Below, in pieces: positions 21,866 to 31,204 of a stretch of DNA of 64,000 bases. Source of the DNA: an uncultured bacterium. GTDB lineage: Bacteria; Babelota; Babeliae; Babelales; Vermiphilaceae. The stretch's first letter is position 1. The number at the start of each line of letters is the position of its first letter. Position numbers and translations under genes: made by a program. Location: assembly GCA_963702025.1 (NCBI GenBank), contig OY969699.1, positions 1,532,034-1,596,033 of the forward strand. Direction: 5' to 3'. Below the pieces are notes generated by a model. The model was not told where the DNA came from. It saw only the letters and a program-made list of their open reading frames with translations, and searched no databases.

Positions 21866-23193
21866 CAATACTCCGGACAGTTTTAACATCTAATCATCCC
21901 GAATTTAATTGCACTTTTTAACCCTGGATCGAATTTTATTAAATTCGGGTCCAATCCTAACTTTGAAATAATCTGTTTTGTGAGCATTTCATTGTAGTTT
22001 TTGCGCTTATGACTTGCCATGGAAAAAGGAACTTTTTCCGGCAAGCTTTTCTTGGCTTCAACCTCCTGAACCTTGGCTATTGTAAGAGCGGAAAAAGAGG
22101 CATTAAAGTGATGATTGAGCTTTTCTTTGCTGCGCGCTTGAGATTCGGTAAGTCCTGTAAATTGTTTCGCATCACGAAAAACAAACTCAATTTGAAAACG
22201 TGCCTTGTAAAAGTCATAAATATCACGCGCGCTTAACGAAAAATCTGTTGAAAAAAGAAGACAAATAGATTCTTTGTTTTTAACACATACAACTCGAACC
22301 GTTCGCTTAAGACTTATGCTGTAATAATCAGCAAAATACAATGAAATGTGTTCATCAATTTTATCTGAAAAATTAAAATTGCTGAGATCTTTTACATCAA
22401 CTTTCTTTCCGTACTTTCTTGGCCTTCCGCGACCTCTATTTTGCTCAAAAACTAAATATCGTAAATTAGCATCAGATCGCAATCGACTTATTACATGATA
22501 ATTATCAGATCTCATCGCCGATACAAATTGTTCTTTTGCAAAATAAGCATCACAAACTAAAAACTTTATATCAAATTTTTCTTTGATTTTGGGAAGCTGC
22601 CCTTGAAGGCTATGAATATAAAAATTGATTCGAGTTGCATCAGATTTGCCAATTATTTGAACAATTTCATCTTTTGGTGGTGTTTGCTGAACAGAAAGCG
22701 GATATCCAATATTTTCGTCAACATCGATTAATGCTAGCCCGCTTGCCTCTAATCCTTTTTCAGATTTGCTTTGTGAACCATTCCAGAATGATTCTCTACC
22801 GTAAGTTTTTTTGCCTGATTTTTCTATGAAAAATGGATCAAATGCCAAGATCAGTCGCTTTTCTTGAATGATTATTCTTTTCACCGCAATGAGGTTGAAT
22901 TGAAGATAATCAAAGCATTTAGCAAAGTTTCGAGAAAAAGTTTTTTCGCTCATATCAGCATATCTAGCCATGTTGGCAAAATTTACGCGACCAGCCATCG
23001 AAAGTATCGTGCTCATCAGGTCATTTACAAACTTTTTTTGAGGTTTCGAAATTTTTGTCATTTTTTCCAAAATTTCCTGTATAATTTTCATTGCCGCATT
23101 TCCCTTTTTTGAGGAAGTTTGATTGACTCCCACTAATTATGGATATGCGGCCTAAACTTTCAAGTCACTTTCAAAAAACTGTCCGAACTATTG
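21866..23193 (-). mobile_element. IS4-like insertion sequence, 1328 bp
   Basis: 19-bp IRs with 2 mismatches (CAATACTCCGGACAGTTTT at 21866-21884; 23175-23193); 8-bp target duplication ATATTACT at 21858-21865 and 23194-23201. Confidence 0.92.
21883..23091 (-). CDS. DDE transposase (IS4/IS701-like)
   Basis: LAFDPFFIEKSGK, LVCDAYF, YKARFQIEFVFRDAKQFTGL (YREK-like); likely start MKIIQEIL. Confidence 0.9.
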   Translation of the reverse strand: MKIIQEILEKMTKISKPQKKFVNDLMSTILSMAGRVNFANMARYADMSEKTFSRNFAKCFDYLQFNLIAVKRIIIQEKRLILAFDPFFIEKSGKKTYGRESFWNGSQSKSEKGLEASGLALIDVDENIGYPLSVQQTPPKDEIVQIIGKSDATRINFYIHSLQGQLPKIKEKFDIKFLVCDAYFAKEQFVSAMRSDNYHVISRLRSDANLRYLVFEQNRGRGRPRKYGKKVDVKDLSNFNFSDKIDEHISLYFADYYSISLKRTVRVVCVKNKESICLLFSTDFSLSARDIYDFYKARFQIEFVFRDAKQFTGLTESQARSKEKLNHHFNASFSALTIAKVQEVEAKKSLPEKVPFSMASHKRKNYNEMLTKQIISKLGLDPNLIKFDPGLKSAIKFGMIRC

Positions 23194-23375
23194 ATATTAC
23201 TCAGAAACAATAATATAAATCCACTTACGATTTTGTTCATTATATCTCCTTTTTAAAAATTGCAGATCATGACAAAGCTACTAAACAAATTATCTTCATG
23301 CAATCGAGGTACATAGTTTGTGAAATTCTTTATAATAATTTGCATTGTTTATAAGCAGAATCGTATTGTCGTAGC

Positions 23376-23514
23376 CCGTTCGTGCTGAGCTTGTCGAAGC
23401 ATGATGAATTGCAGGAGATAATACAGAAAAACCAGTTGGCATACAAAAAATAAGCATACCATTAGCGCAAAAAAGTCATTTAAAAAAATGCTTCGACAAG
23501 CTCAGCACGAACGG
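23376..23514. repeat. Perfect 27-bp inverted repeat pair with 85-bp spacer (REP-doublet/MITE-like)
   Basis: CCGTTCGTGCTGAGCTTGTCGAAGCAT at 23376-23402 and its exact reverse complement at 23488-23514. Confidence 0.85.
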
Positions 23515-23617
23515 AGGGGACGCTGGATAACTTAGAATCAAACATATAACTACTTTGTCAACGCATTCAAAAATAGCTATGCTATGAAAAAAATATTTAC
23601 ACTAAAAAAGGTGCAGA

Positions 23618-24733
23618 ATGAACACTTGCTCAAGAATTATTCTATCTCTTTTACTGAGCATAATTCCCACATCCTCTTTCTCTCATATCAAAAAAATTGC
23701 ACTTATTTTTGGCATCACGGGCCAAGATGGGGCCTATCTTGCCGAATTTCTTCTGGACAAAGGGTATGAAGTGCATGGTGTTAAACGGCGATCATCAAGT
23801 TTTAATACCGCCCGAATAGACCATCTTTATCAAGATCCGCATCATAATAACAAAAAATTTAGTCTCCATTATGGGGATCTATCAGATAGCGCCAACATTG
23901 CAAAACTGATTCAAGAAATTGAACCGGATGAAGTCTATAATTTAGGCGCGCAAAGCCATGTACGCGTTTCTTTTGATATCCCTGAGTATACCGCAGATAT
24001 TGATGCGCTGGGCACCTTACGCATTCTAGAAGCGATTCATGTATCAAAAAAGAAGATCAAATTTTATCAGGCATCAAGCAGCGAAATGTTTGGCAAAGTA
24101 GCAGAAATTCCTCAAACGGAAAAAACTCCCTTTTATCCCCGGTCACCTTATGGCTGCGCCAAAGTTTTTGCGTACTGGATCACGGTCAACTATCGTGAAG
24201 CGTATAGCATTTTTGCCTGCAATGGCATTTTGTTTAACCACGAATCACCCATCCGAGGAGAAACCTTTGTAACGCGAAAAATTACCCGCGCCGTTTCCAA
24301 TATTTATCGCGGCTTACAAGAGACTCTTTATTTGGGCAATCTTGATGCACAACGGGATTGGGGGTACGCAAAAGATTATGTGGAGGCTATGTGGCTCATG
24401 CTCCAACAAGATGAACCGAGCGATTATGTGATTGCCACCGGAGAAACTCATTCGGTGCGAGAATTTTGCGAATGCGCCTTTAAAGAAGTTGGCATAGAAA
24501 TAGAATGGCACGGCACCGGATCGGATGAAAAAGGCATCGACAAAAAAACCGGCAAAGTGGTCGTCGCAATCGATCCAATCTATTTCCGTCCGTCGGAAGT
24601 TGATCTCTTAATCGGTGATGCAACATACGCGAAAGAAAAGCTCAACTGGCACCCCCGAACTGATTTTAAAGGACTGGTGAAGATTATGCTTGATCACGAT
24701 TTGGGGATGACGAAAAAAATGAAGGATATCTAA
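23618..24733 (+). CDS. gmd: GDP-mannose 4,6-dehydratase (copy 2) with signal peptide
   Basis: [58 protein letters not shown]. Confidence 0.95.
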   Translation: MNTCSRIILSLLLSIIPTSSFSHIKKIALIFGITGQDGAYLAEFLLDKGYEVHGVKRRSSSFNTARIDHLYQDPHHNNKKFSLHYGDLSDSANIAKLIQEIEPDEVYNLGAQSHVRVSFDIPEYTADIDALGTLRILEAIHVSKKKIKFYQASSSEMFGKVAEIPQTEKTPFYPRSPYGCAKVFAYWITVNYREAYSIFACNGILFNHESPIRGETFVTRKITRAVSNIYRGLQETLYLGNLDAQRDWGYAKDYVEAMWLMLQQDEPSDYVIATGETHSVREFCECAFKEVGIEIEWHGTGSDEKGIDKKTGKVVVAIDPIYFRPSEVDLLIGDATYAKEKLNWHPRTDFKGLVKIMLDHDLGMTKKMKDI

Positions 24734-25530
24734 TATATCAAATTTTCTTCGGCATACCGATCCTGCAAATACGTCTTCCAGATTGCCGGATGCAACTCTT
24801 TGATCCACTGATCAATCTGTTTTCTATATTCAGCATCAATTAATTTTGAATGGAACAACAGATCATCACCGTGTGATTGCGATTCTCGATACAAATCAAT
24901 CGCTTTTTTCTTGTGAAAATCATAGTGATTCATAAAATCATCAATATAATCAAGCGGTTCGCCGAGGAACATAATCGCTCTCACCAGAGTTTGAATCGGT
25001 CTTGAAAGAAGGTCCTCATAATAAATTAGAAGCCGATTTTCCGGCGCCCATTCATCAAACAAGGCAATATTATCAAAATATATACGAGGATCGTCATTAC
25101 CCTTTGCCTGCTGCCCCAACAACATCGGTAGGGTAATTTCTCTACCGCCGTGCCTGCTTAATGCTTCCTTGGGATTACGAACAATCAAAATGAGTTTATC
25201 ATTAACAAAATCACCACCACTTTTACGAATTTCTTTACGCACGTGGACTTTTTCGATGGGTGGCCTGGTACAATCGATCTCAAATCCGGCCAACCAACCG
25301 ATCGGATGGTCACGTTTATTATTCCTATTAAAACGATGAAATGTTGGCCGACCCGTATTATATTCCAGACAATAGCGCATCCAAGTATTTCCCGAACGCG
25401 GATAAGATGCCAAAAAAGTTCTTTGCCCATCATAGGCACATAAAATATCAAGTAGCTGGTCAGCGTTGCTGTGGACTGTTGCACTTCCACTACAAATAAA
25501 ACACAACATAAGATAGAAAAATTTCCCCAT
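24730..25530 (-). CDS. PAPS-dependent sulfotransferase with signal peptide
   Basis: [11 protein letters not shown] (5'-PSB loop), [11 protein letters not shown] (3'-PB), YEDL. Confidence 0.85.
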   Translation of the reverse strand: MGKFFYLMLCFICSGSATVHSNADQLLDILCAYDGQRTFLASYPRSGNTWMRYCLEYNTGRPTFHRFNRNNKRDHPIGWLAGFEIDCTRPPIEKVHVRKEIRKSGGDFVNDKLILIVRNPKEALSRHGGREITLPMLLGQQAKGNDDPRIYFDNIALFDEWAPENRLLIYYEDLLSRPIQTLVRAIMFLGEPLDYIDDFMNHYDFHKKKAIDLYRESQSHGDDLLFHSKLIDAEYRKQIDQWIKELHPAIWKTYLQDRYAEENLIY

Positions 25531-25628
25531 TACAACTCCTTTTCTTTTTAGTTAAAAAACACGTAATTTTTTGTCAAGACCATTAAAAATATGTATTTTG
25601 TTAGAGATAACAAAAAAAAGGCTCAATA

Positions 25629-26552
25629 ATGAATCATTTTGTATTAATTTCCATAGTCTCAGTGGCGTTTACTGCTGCCGCATACGAAAAAGATTTTACC
25701 ACACTACGACCAGTAACCATCGCCATATTAGCAAAAGATAAGGCACATTGTTTACCGCTTTATCTTTCCTGCATTGAAAAACAGACATGGCCCAAATCTA
25801 TGACCTATTTGTATATCCGAACCAATGACAATAATGACAATAGCGCACAAATATTGCATGATTGGGTTAATAAAGTTAAGGATCAGTATTTAGGCATCTT
25901 TTTTGATGATTCCGATGCGCCGATTAGTGTAAAACAATACGTTCAACATGAATGGAACTGTACTCGGTTCAAAGTATTAGGTGCAATACGTCAAGCTTCT
26001 TTGGATTGGGCTTACGAACATGGGTCACATTATTTTGTGATTGACTGTGATAACTTTATATTTCCCCATACGGTTGAAACAATGGTATACACGAATCTTC
26101 CTATAGTGGCGCCTTTGCTTCATAGCAATTGCGCATATTCAAACTTTCATGCGGATATCGACTCTAACGGTTACCTAAAAGATTCGCCATTTTATCTACC
26201 ATTAGTAAATAGAGAAATAAAAGGGCATGTACAAGTTCCGGTAGCTCATTGCACCTATTTTATTCGACATGAAGTATTACCGGAGATGAGTTACGATGAT
26301 GAAAGTTATCGCTACGAATATGTTATTTTTAGTGACAATGCACGGAAAAAAGAGATTCCACAATATCTTGATACCACCGATGTGTTTGGCTATGTTTCAT
26401 TTGCCGAAAACTCAAATGATCTGGTCAAAGAGCCATGGTTTTTGCCATTTACTATGAAATTACATAGTTTTAACCCTTCGAGACCCGTCTTCGCCAAGGC
26501 TACGCCGGGCACCGCGCACGCTCCTCAGCCTGCCCGCCATAGCTCTGAATGA
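25629..26552 (+). CDS. GT-A glycosyltransferase resembling the N-terminal domain of collagen galactosyltransferase COLGALT/PLOD; signal peptide; C-terminus recoded by a repeat
   Basis: IAILAKDKAHCLP, RTNDNNDNSAQILHDW, RQASL, VIDCDNFI, IVAPLL..AYSNF, VPVAHCTY. Confidence 0.75.
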   Translation: MNHFVLISIVSVAFTAAAYEKDFTTLRPVTIAILAKDKAHCLPLYLSCIEKQTWPKSMTYLYIRTNDNNDNSAQILHDWVNKVKDQYLGIFFDDSDAPISVKQYVQHEWNCTRFKVLGAIRQASLDWAYEHGSHYFVIDCDNFIFPHTVETMVYTNLPIVAPLLHSNCAYSNFHADIDSNGYLKDSPFYLPLVNREIKGHVQVPVAHCTYFIRHEVLPEMSYDDESYRYEYVIFSDNARKKEIPQYLDTTDVFGYVSFAENSNDLVKEPWFLPFTMKLHSFNPSRPVFAKATPGTAHAPQPARHSSE

Positions 26553-26574
26553 GCGACGGCTGGGGATGAGCGGA
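26473..26574 (+). repeat. Nested composite of palindromic repeat units
   Basis: CCCTTCGAGAC...CTCCTCAG|GGATGAGCGG frame containing CCCGTCTTCGCCAAGGCTACGCCGGG and CCTGCCCGCCATAGCTC...GAGCGACGGCTGG. Confidence 0.75.
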
Positions 26575-26575
26575 T

Positions 26576-27120
26576 ACATTTTTATAACTCAATATTCCTT
26601 AATATTGCTTTAAGAGCAAAAAAATTAAAGAGATTGGCCAAACATTTTAATAATTTCTTTATAAGCGGTAAAAATTATTCCAAGTACAAATAGGCAAAAG
26701 ATTAACAAATAAAAATATTTATGTGGTTTAGGCGTTTCATGATACAATCTGCTTTTTATTAAATAATCAAGCCCAATGTTAAAACCCAAGAGCAATGAAA
26801 ATAAGATACAAGAAAATCCTAAAATTTTTTCTATACTCGGAAGGTTTTTTAAAAATTGAAATTCAATAGTCAAAAAAGAGACAATGGATGCAAATATGCC
26901 AAAGATCGTGATTAAAGTCGCTTTATCAGTCTGAATTTGTTTAGCCATTTCATCTTTAGCTTCTTGAACTGCTTTATTTTTTGCAGTTTCGATCATCTGT
27001 TTAACGTCATCAAGGTTAAGTTCCGGCTGCCCCTTGGTTTTAGCAGAAGTTTTTTGTTCAATTTTAAATGACATTTTTATAACTCAATATTTTTTAATAT
27101 CGCCTTAAGAGCAAAAAAAT
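26576..27120. repeat. 50-bp direct repeat (46/50 identical) at 26576-26625 and 27071-27120
   Basis: ACATTTTTATAACTCAATAT...AAGAGCAAAAAAAT occurs twice, flanking ORF 26625..27074. Confidence 0.85.
26625..27074 (-). CDS. Hypothetical membrane protein (coiled coil plus about 3 TM helices)
   Basis: ITIFGIFASIVSFL and two further hydrophobic segments. Confidence 0.65.
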   Translation of the reverse strand: MSFKIEQKTSAKTKGQPELNLDDVKQMIETAKNKAVQEAKDEMAKQIQTDKATLITIFGIFASIVSFLTIEFQFLKNLPSIEKILGFSCILFSLLLGFNIGLDYLIKSRLYHETPKPHKYFYLLIFCLFVLGIIFTAYKEIIKMFGQSL

Positions 27121-27340
27121 AAATACGCCCACTTTCATTGCCAATTAACATTATCATTGGGACCATTGGCCCACCAAGAACATATGTATTAGAATACTCT
27201 TTACTAAATGGTTCACTTACAAAGCCCTCAAGTAATGTGACTGATTCGGTTATGCCGATTTTATCAGACCTTTTTTGAAGCTCTTCAATAAGACTTTGTT
27301 TGACGTCTTCAAATTTGATTACTTTTTTCTTGTCATCCAT
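27077..27340 (-). CDS. Hypothetical protein
   Basis: 87-aa ORF ending 2 bp before the next gene's start. Confidence 0.6.
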   Translation of the reverse strand: MDDKKKVIKFEDVKQSLIEELQKRSDKIGITESVTLLEGFVSEPFSKEYSNTYVLGGPMVPMIMLIGNESGRIYFFALKAILKNIEL

Positions 27341-27453
27341 TTTATTTTTTTTTTTGTCAGGGAAAGCAGAAGATGCATTTTTATTTGATTATAAAGGCTT
27401 TTTTAAAAAAATCACTATCCCTAGGCGCTTCGGCACTCACCAGGAAAGGGTAA

Positions 27454-28143
27454 TTAAACAAAATCAGCACGAACAAAAATATCATCAACATGAAGATGAG
27501 TAATCAGAATAAATCCCTTTGAGCAAAGAAAATCCTGAATATACGGCTCATTATAATTATTTTCTACGGTAATAACATCGATAGTAATTTTTGAAAAATC
27601 TATTGTTTTCAAGATCTCAAGTTCACTACCTTCTGTATCTAATGACATAAAGTCAATATGAGTGATCCCATATTTCCCTAGGAGAGTATCAAACCGCATC
27701 GCCGGCAGTTGTAATATTTTTGCTTCACCACCAAATTGGGCAATGTCATTCATTACTATAGCTAGTTGCCGCTCATCATAGGTGCCACACATGCCACTGA
27801 GCATTTCATCGCAACAATCCAAGTGTAAAAACGGCACCGTTCCTTCAGTGGAGCATACACAAGCATTAATGCACACACAACTACGGCATTGTTGTAATTT
27901 TTTAAAAAGATGTGGCAACGGTTCAATTGCTATACCTTTCCAACCCAAACGGTCAAAATAGTAGGTGTTACTAAAACTTTCACCGTCATGAGCCCCGATA
28001 TCCAAATAAAAACCATCTTTCTTATCATGAAAAAAAATCTCATTTACAAACTTGTCTTGCCCAGCTTGGCTCTTATAATTGTCGTCAGCAGAAACGGAGA
28101 ATGCCATCAAAAACAAAGAGAGTATGAGTAGTTTATTGTTCAT
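27454..28143 (-). CDS. FkbM-family methyltransferase with signal peptide
   Basis: SQAGQD, YLDIGAHDG...SNT, GWKGIAIEP, FMSLDTEGSE; start MNNKLLILSLFLMAFSVSA. Confidence 0.9.
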   Translation of the reverse strand: MNNKLLILSLFLMAFSVSADDNYKSQAGQDKFVNEIFFHDKKDGFYLDIGAHDGESFSNTYYFDRLGWKGIAIEPLPHLFKKLQQCRSCVCINACVCSTEGTVPFLHLDCCDEMLSGMCGTYDERQLAIVMNDIAQFGGEAKILQLPAMRFDTLLGKYGITHIDFMSLDTEGSELEILKTIDFSKITIDVITVENNYNEPYIQDFLCSKGFILITHLHVDDIFVRADFV

Positions 28144-28234
28144 TTTTTTCCTTATTAAATCCCCAAACAGGTGCAAAATTAATGGGCGAATGAGGAATTC
28201 ATTCGCCTGCTTGTAATATTATTCTATTTCACAC

Positions 28235-29476
28235 TCAGGCAAAAGCATTTTGTTGGGCAAGCTTACGATTTAAATAAAAAGAGAGATTCGTAAAAAGATG
28301 CGGATAATTATCATGCGTCTTCAATGCAGCACGAACCTCTTGCTCGCCCATGTCGAATTCACCGACGTACCAGGCGCATTGACCAAGAATATCATGACGA
28401 ACATAATCATATGCCTCTTTTTCTACAAAAAGTGTGTCATTGGCCGGATAAGGAACCTGACAAGCTCGTTGCGCAAACAAAAAGGCACATGCATGATTAC
28501 CTTCATGTAAATAATGTTGCGCTACACGAATAAGTGGCTCAACCCGGATCGGTCTCATCGTAAATGCTTGCAAATAATGATCAAGCGCTTCGGCCCAACA
28601 AGAACTGCCATCAGGATTTTTCATACGCTCAGTTACCGTTGCCAAACGATAGCGTGCCATAAAATCTTCCTCACACCAGCCAATTAAATGGGTACGTAAT
28701 TCATAGTAGTAATAGGCATTATCAAGATCACCTAGACAATCAAATGTTTGCGCCAAATAGAAGCAGGTACGAGAATCTTGGGGATTAGCTAAGAATGCTT
28801 TAAGAAGCAATTCTTTATCACGCATCCATCGCCGCTGCGTTTTTTCGGCGCCAGCCCGTTCAACTTTTAGCTCAAAATAAATGCTATTGGGTGTCTTAAA
28901 CTGTGTGCCTATCATAATCGTTTCGTGCACAACGCCGCCAAATCTCAAACTGGAACCGCCGCGCAAAAGACGTTGTGTACCAAAATCCAGGTCAGGTGAA
29001 ACGATTCGCACCAAATATGAAGTATGCTCAGGATGTTCAAGCTCCCGTTCGCAAAAAGCAAGCAACTCTTCAACCCCATGCAAATACCATTCGGCATCTG
29101 GCATTAACATATATCCCGCGTGAGGGAATTTTTCTCCCACCAAATCGAGCGCCCGATTACGGGAAGTGGCAAAATCAACAAACGGTTCTTGAATTATGAA
29201 ATAATTGGTCAAATGGTAATCCATAAAGAGCTCTTCGGCCTTGATCATCGTGGGCGATCGTGGATCAAGCCCCGTATCATAAACCACGTAGGCAATCTTT
29301 TCTCCCCGGGGATCTGCCTTGCAATACATTTCCAGAGTTTGTCTAATAACCGTTTCTTCATCTTTTACCATTATAACAACAACCAAAAGGGGATCGGGCT
29401 TGGCGGTTTGTGCATAGGATGACTCAATAAAACATGCTAGAAATAAGATAGCGCACAGCGCAGAAAGAAACTTCAT
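28235..29476 (-). CDS. GT2 glycosyltransferase with C-terminal TPR repeats and signal peptide
   Basis: IMVKDE, YDTG, DFATSRNRAL, MPDAE, GVVHE; FYLAQT and further TPR-like helices. Confidence 0.85.
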   Translation of the reverse strand: MKFLSALCAILFLACFIESSYAQTAKPDPLLVVVIMVKDEETVIRQTLEMYCKADPRGEKIAYVVYDTGLDPRSPTMIKAEELFMDYHLTNYFIIQEPFVDFATSRNRALDLVGEKFPHAGYMLMPDAEWYLHGVEELLAFCERELEHPEHTSYLVRIVSPDLDFGTQRLLRGGSSLRFGGVVHETIMIGTQFKTPNSIYFELKVERAGAEKTQRRWMRDKELLLKAFLANPQDSRTCFYLAQTFDCLGDLDNAYYYYELRTHLIGWCEEDFMARYRLATVTERMKNPDGSSCWAEALDHYLQAFTMRPIRVEPLIRVAQHYLHEGNHACAFLFAQRACQVPYPANDTLFVEKEAYDYVRHDILGQCAWYVGEFDMGEQEVRAALKTHDNYPHLFTNLSFYLNRKLAQQNAFA

Positions 29477-29608
29477 TTTTCTACTTCCTTTTTTTTTACT
29501 ACTGACTTGCTGCTATTTATAAAACAAGAATTTTAAAATGTCTACCGCTTAATTGATTTTAAGTTATACTGAAACTTGCTACTTACTTTTATAACCCTTG
29601 GACAATTA

Positions 29609-30532
29609 ATGTTTTTAATAATTATTTTATATGGCCTTTTTGGCGCATCATTTCCCCTAAGTAAAACACTTCTTGGGTTCGCCGACCCAATTTTCTATAC
29701 GGGCATCAGAATGTTTATTGCCGGTTCTATTCTTTTGATTTACCAATATTGTTATGCGCATCGTCATCTTAAATTTAACTGGCACAATAAGTGGTACTAT
29801 TTGCAAATTATTTTTTTTGGTATCTACTTAACCTATATTTTACGATTCATTGGACTTGGAACGTTAACCTCTTCCAAAACAGCCTTTTTGTTTAACCTTA
29901 TGCCCTTTTTCTCAGCATTTTATTCATTTTTAATGTTTAAGGAGAAGTTAACGCGCCAACAATGGCTTGGCCTAGCGATAGGCTTTGTTGGTTTTATACC
30001 AATACTCAAAACAACTTCACCACTAGAAAAGAGCTTGGGGGAAATTTTTTTTATTTCGTGGCCCGAATTGGCCGTTTTGGCAGCAGTGGCGGCACAAAGC
30101 TATAGCTGGATAATTATGCGAAAATTGGTAAAAGAAAAAAGTTATGCGCCGAGCATGATTAATGGCATGACTATGACGGCCGGCGGTATCCTTGCTCTTA
30201 TCACCGCCTATTTTTGGGAAGGCAAACAAGAAATGGCCGACCCGGGCGCTTTTTTGAGCTTACTCATTCTGGTGATTTTAATTAGTAATATTATTTGCCA
30301 TAACCTCTATGCCTATCTGCTCAAACGCTATACTGCAACATTCTTGGCATTCGCCGGCTTTTTAGGGCCATTGTTTTCAGCATTTTATGGCTGGCTTTTT
30401 TTGGCAGAAAAAATTACCTGGCATTTTTATGTCTCGGCAATCATCGTGTTTATCGGCCTATACCTTTTCTATCAACATGAACTGGAAGTAGTTGGTATTG
30501 CCAATGAAAAAAAGCACTTAATTCATGATTAG
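29609..30532 (+). CDS. EamA/DMT-family transporter
   Basis: About 10 TM helices; GIRMFIAG, KEKL...GLAIGFVG; ATG 29609 preferred over TTG 29576. Confidence 0.85.
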   Translation: MFLIIILYGLFGASFPLSKTLLGFADPIFYTGIRMFIAGSILLIYQYCYAHRHLKFNWHNKWYYLQIIFFGIYLTYILRFIGLGTLTSSKTAFLFNLMPFFSAFYSFLMFKEKLTRQQWLGLAIGFVGFIPILKTTSPLEKSLGEIFFISWPELAVLAAVAAQSYSWIIMRKLVKEKSYAPSMINGMTMTAGGILALITAYFWEGKQEMADPGAFLSLLILVILISNIICHNLYAYLLKRYTATFLAFAGFLGPLFSAFYGWLFLAEKITWHFYVSAIIVFIGLYLFYQHELEVVGIANEKKHLIHD

Positions 30533-31186
30533 AAATGTTTGTTTAATAAAATAATAAGAATTAAAAGTTAAAACTTTTTCGCCTCTTGCGTTAAAAGGAG
30601 GCTTTGATAAGTCTAAGGGACGATAGTCTCCCCTACCGATATCATAATTATCACTTGATAGCGTGGAAGCATCGAGACCATTAGTAATAAGAATGTATTT
30701 ATATTTGTGAAATTGCTTCATAACTCTGAAAATATCAGCATTTGTTAAATGCTGCAAAACATCTTTGCAAACCAGAAGATCCGCTACCGGAAGCTCACTA
30801 TTTAAAGCATCGGCTTGAAAAAAATGAATATTTTCTTTCTCGAAACGAGATTTATTACGGACTATAACTGATGCAACAACATCGTATCCTTTATAATCAA
30901 CCCCATCCCAATTCATGAATCGAGTAAATTCCCAATCACCACAACCGAGATCTACAACACTTTTTATACTATTTTTTTCTATAAAATTTTGCAGAAATTC
31001 ACGATATATTATCGTCACTTGATCGTCGGAACCCTCTCCACTCCAGCCAATACCTTCACAATTTTCTCCCCATACTTTATTAGCATAGATCTCAGAAAAG
31101 ATTTCTTGTGCCAGTTTGTTTTGACTCACATCTGCCTGAACAGCAAGACAGAGCAGTATTCCTAAAATACCCGTTAGACTACGCAT
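30518..31186 (-). CDS. Class I SAM methyltransferase with signal peptide
   Basis: FSEIY..W...SGEGS, VVDLGCGD, KDVLQHL. Confidence 0.85.
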   Translation of the reverse strand: MRSLTGILGILLCLAVQADVSQNKLAQEIFSEIYANKVWGENCEGIGWSGEGSDDQVTIIYREFLQNFIEKNSIKSVVDLGCGDWEFTRFMNWDGVDYKGYDVVASVIVRNKSRFEKENIHFFQADALNSELPVADLLVCKDVLQHLTNADIFRVMKQFHKYKYILITNGLDASTLSSDNYDIGRGDYRPLDLSKPPFNARGEKVLTFNSYYFIKQTFLIMN

Positions 31187-31204
31187 TTCTCTCTCCTCAT
31201 TAAA

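Larger units (their letters stand above)
21056..23240 (-). pseudogene. GT17-family (beta-1,4-GlcNAc transferase-like) gene split from its signal peptide by an IS
   Basis: Native ATG 23240 after AAGGAG. Removing the IS and one target-duplication copy gives MNKIVSGFILLFLSNMGYAKIYDCFLFFNELELL. Motifs FVLVES, ISDADEI, GWHL. Confidence 0.85.

Noticed and set aside
28185..28207. GGCGAATGA-GGAAT-TCATTCGCC hairpin between co-oriented genes
   Set aside because: Single copy in the window with no clear U-tract; I cannot tell a terminator from a REP remnant.
234..31186. Ordinary O-antigen or capsule locus
   Set aside because: No recognisable Wzx, Wzy, Wzz, ABC exporter or initiating transferase in the window, mixed gene orientations and near-universal leaders. 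Such genes could still lie left of the window.
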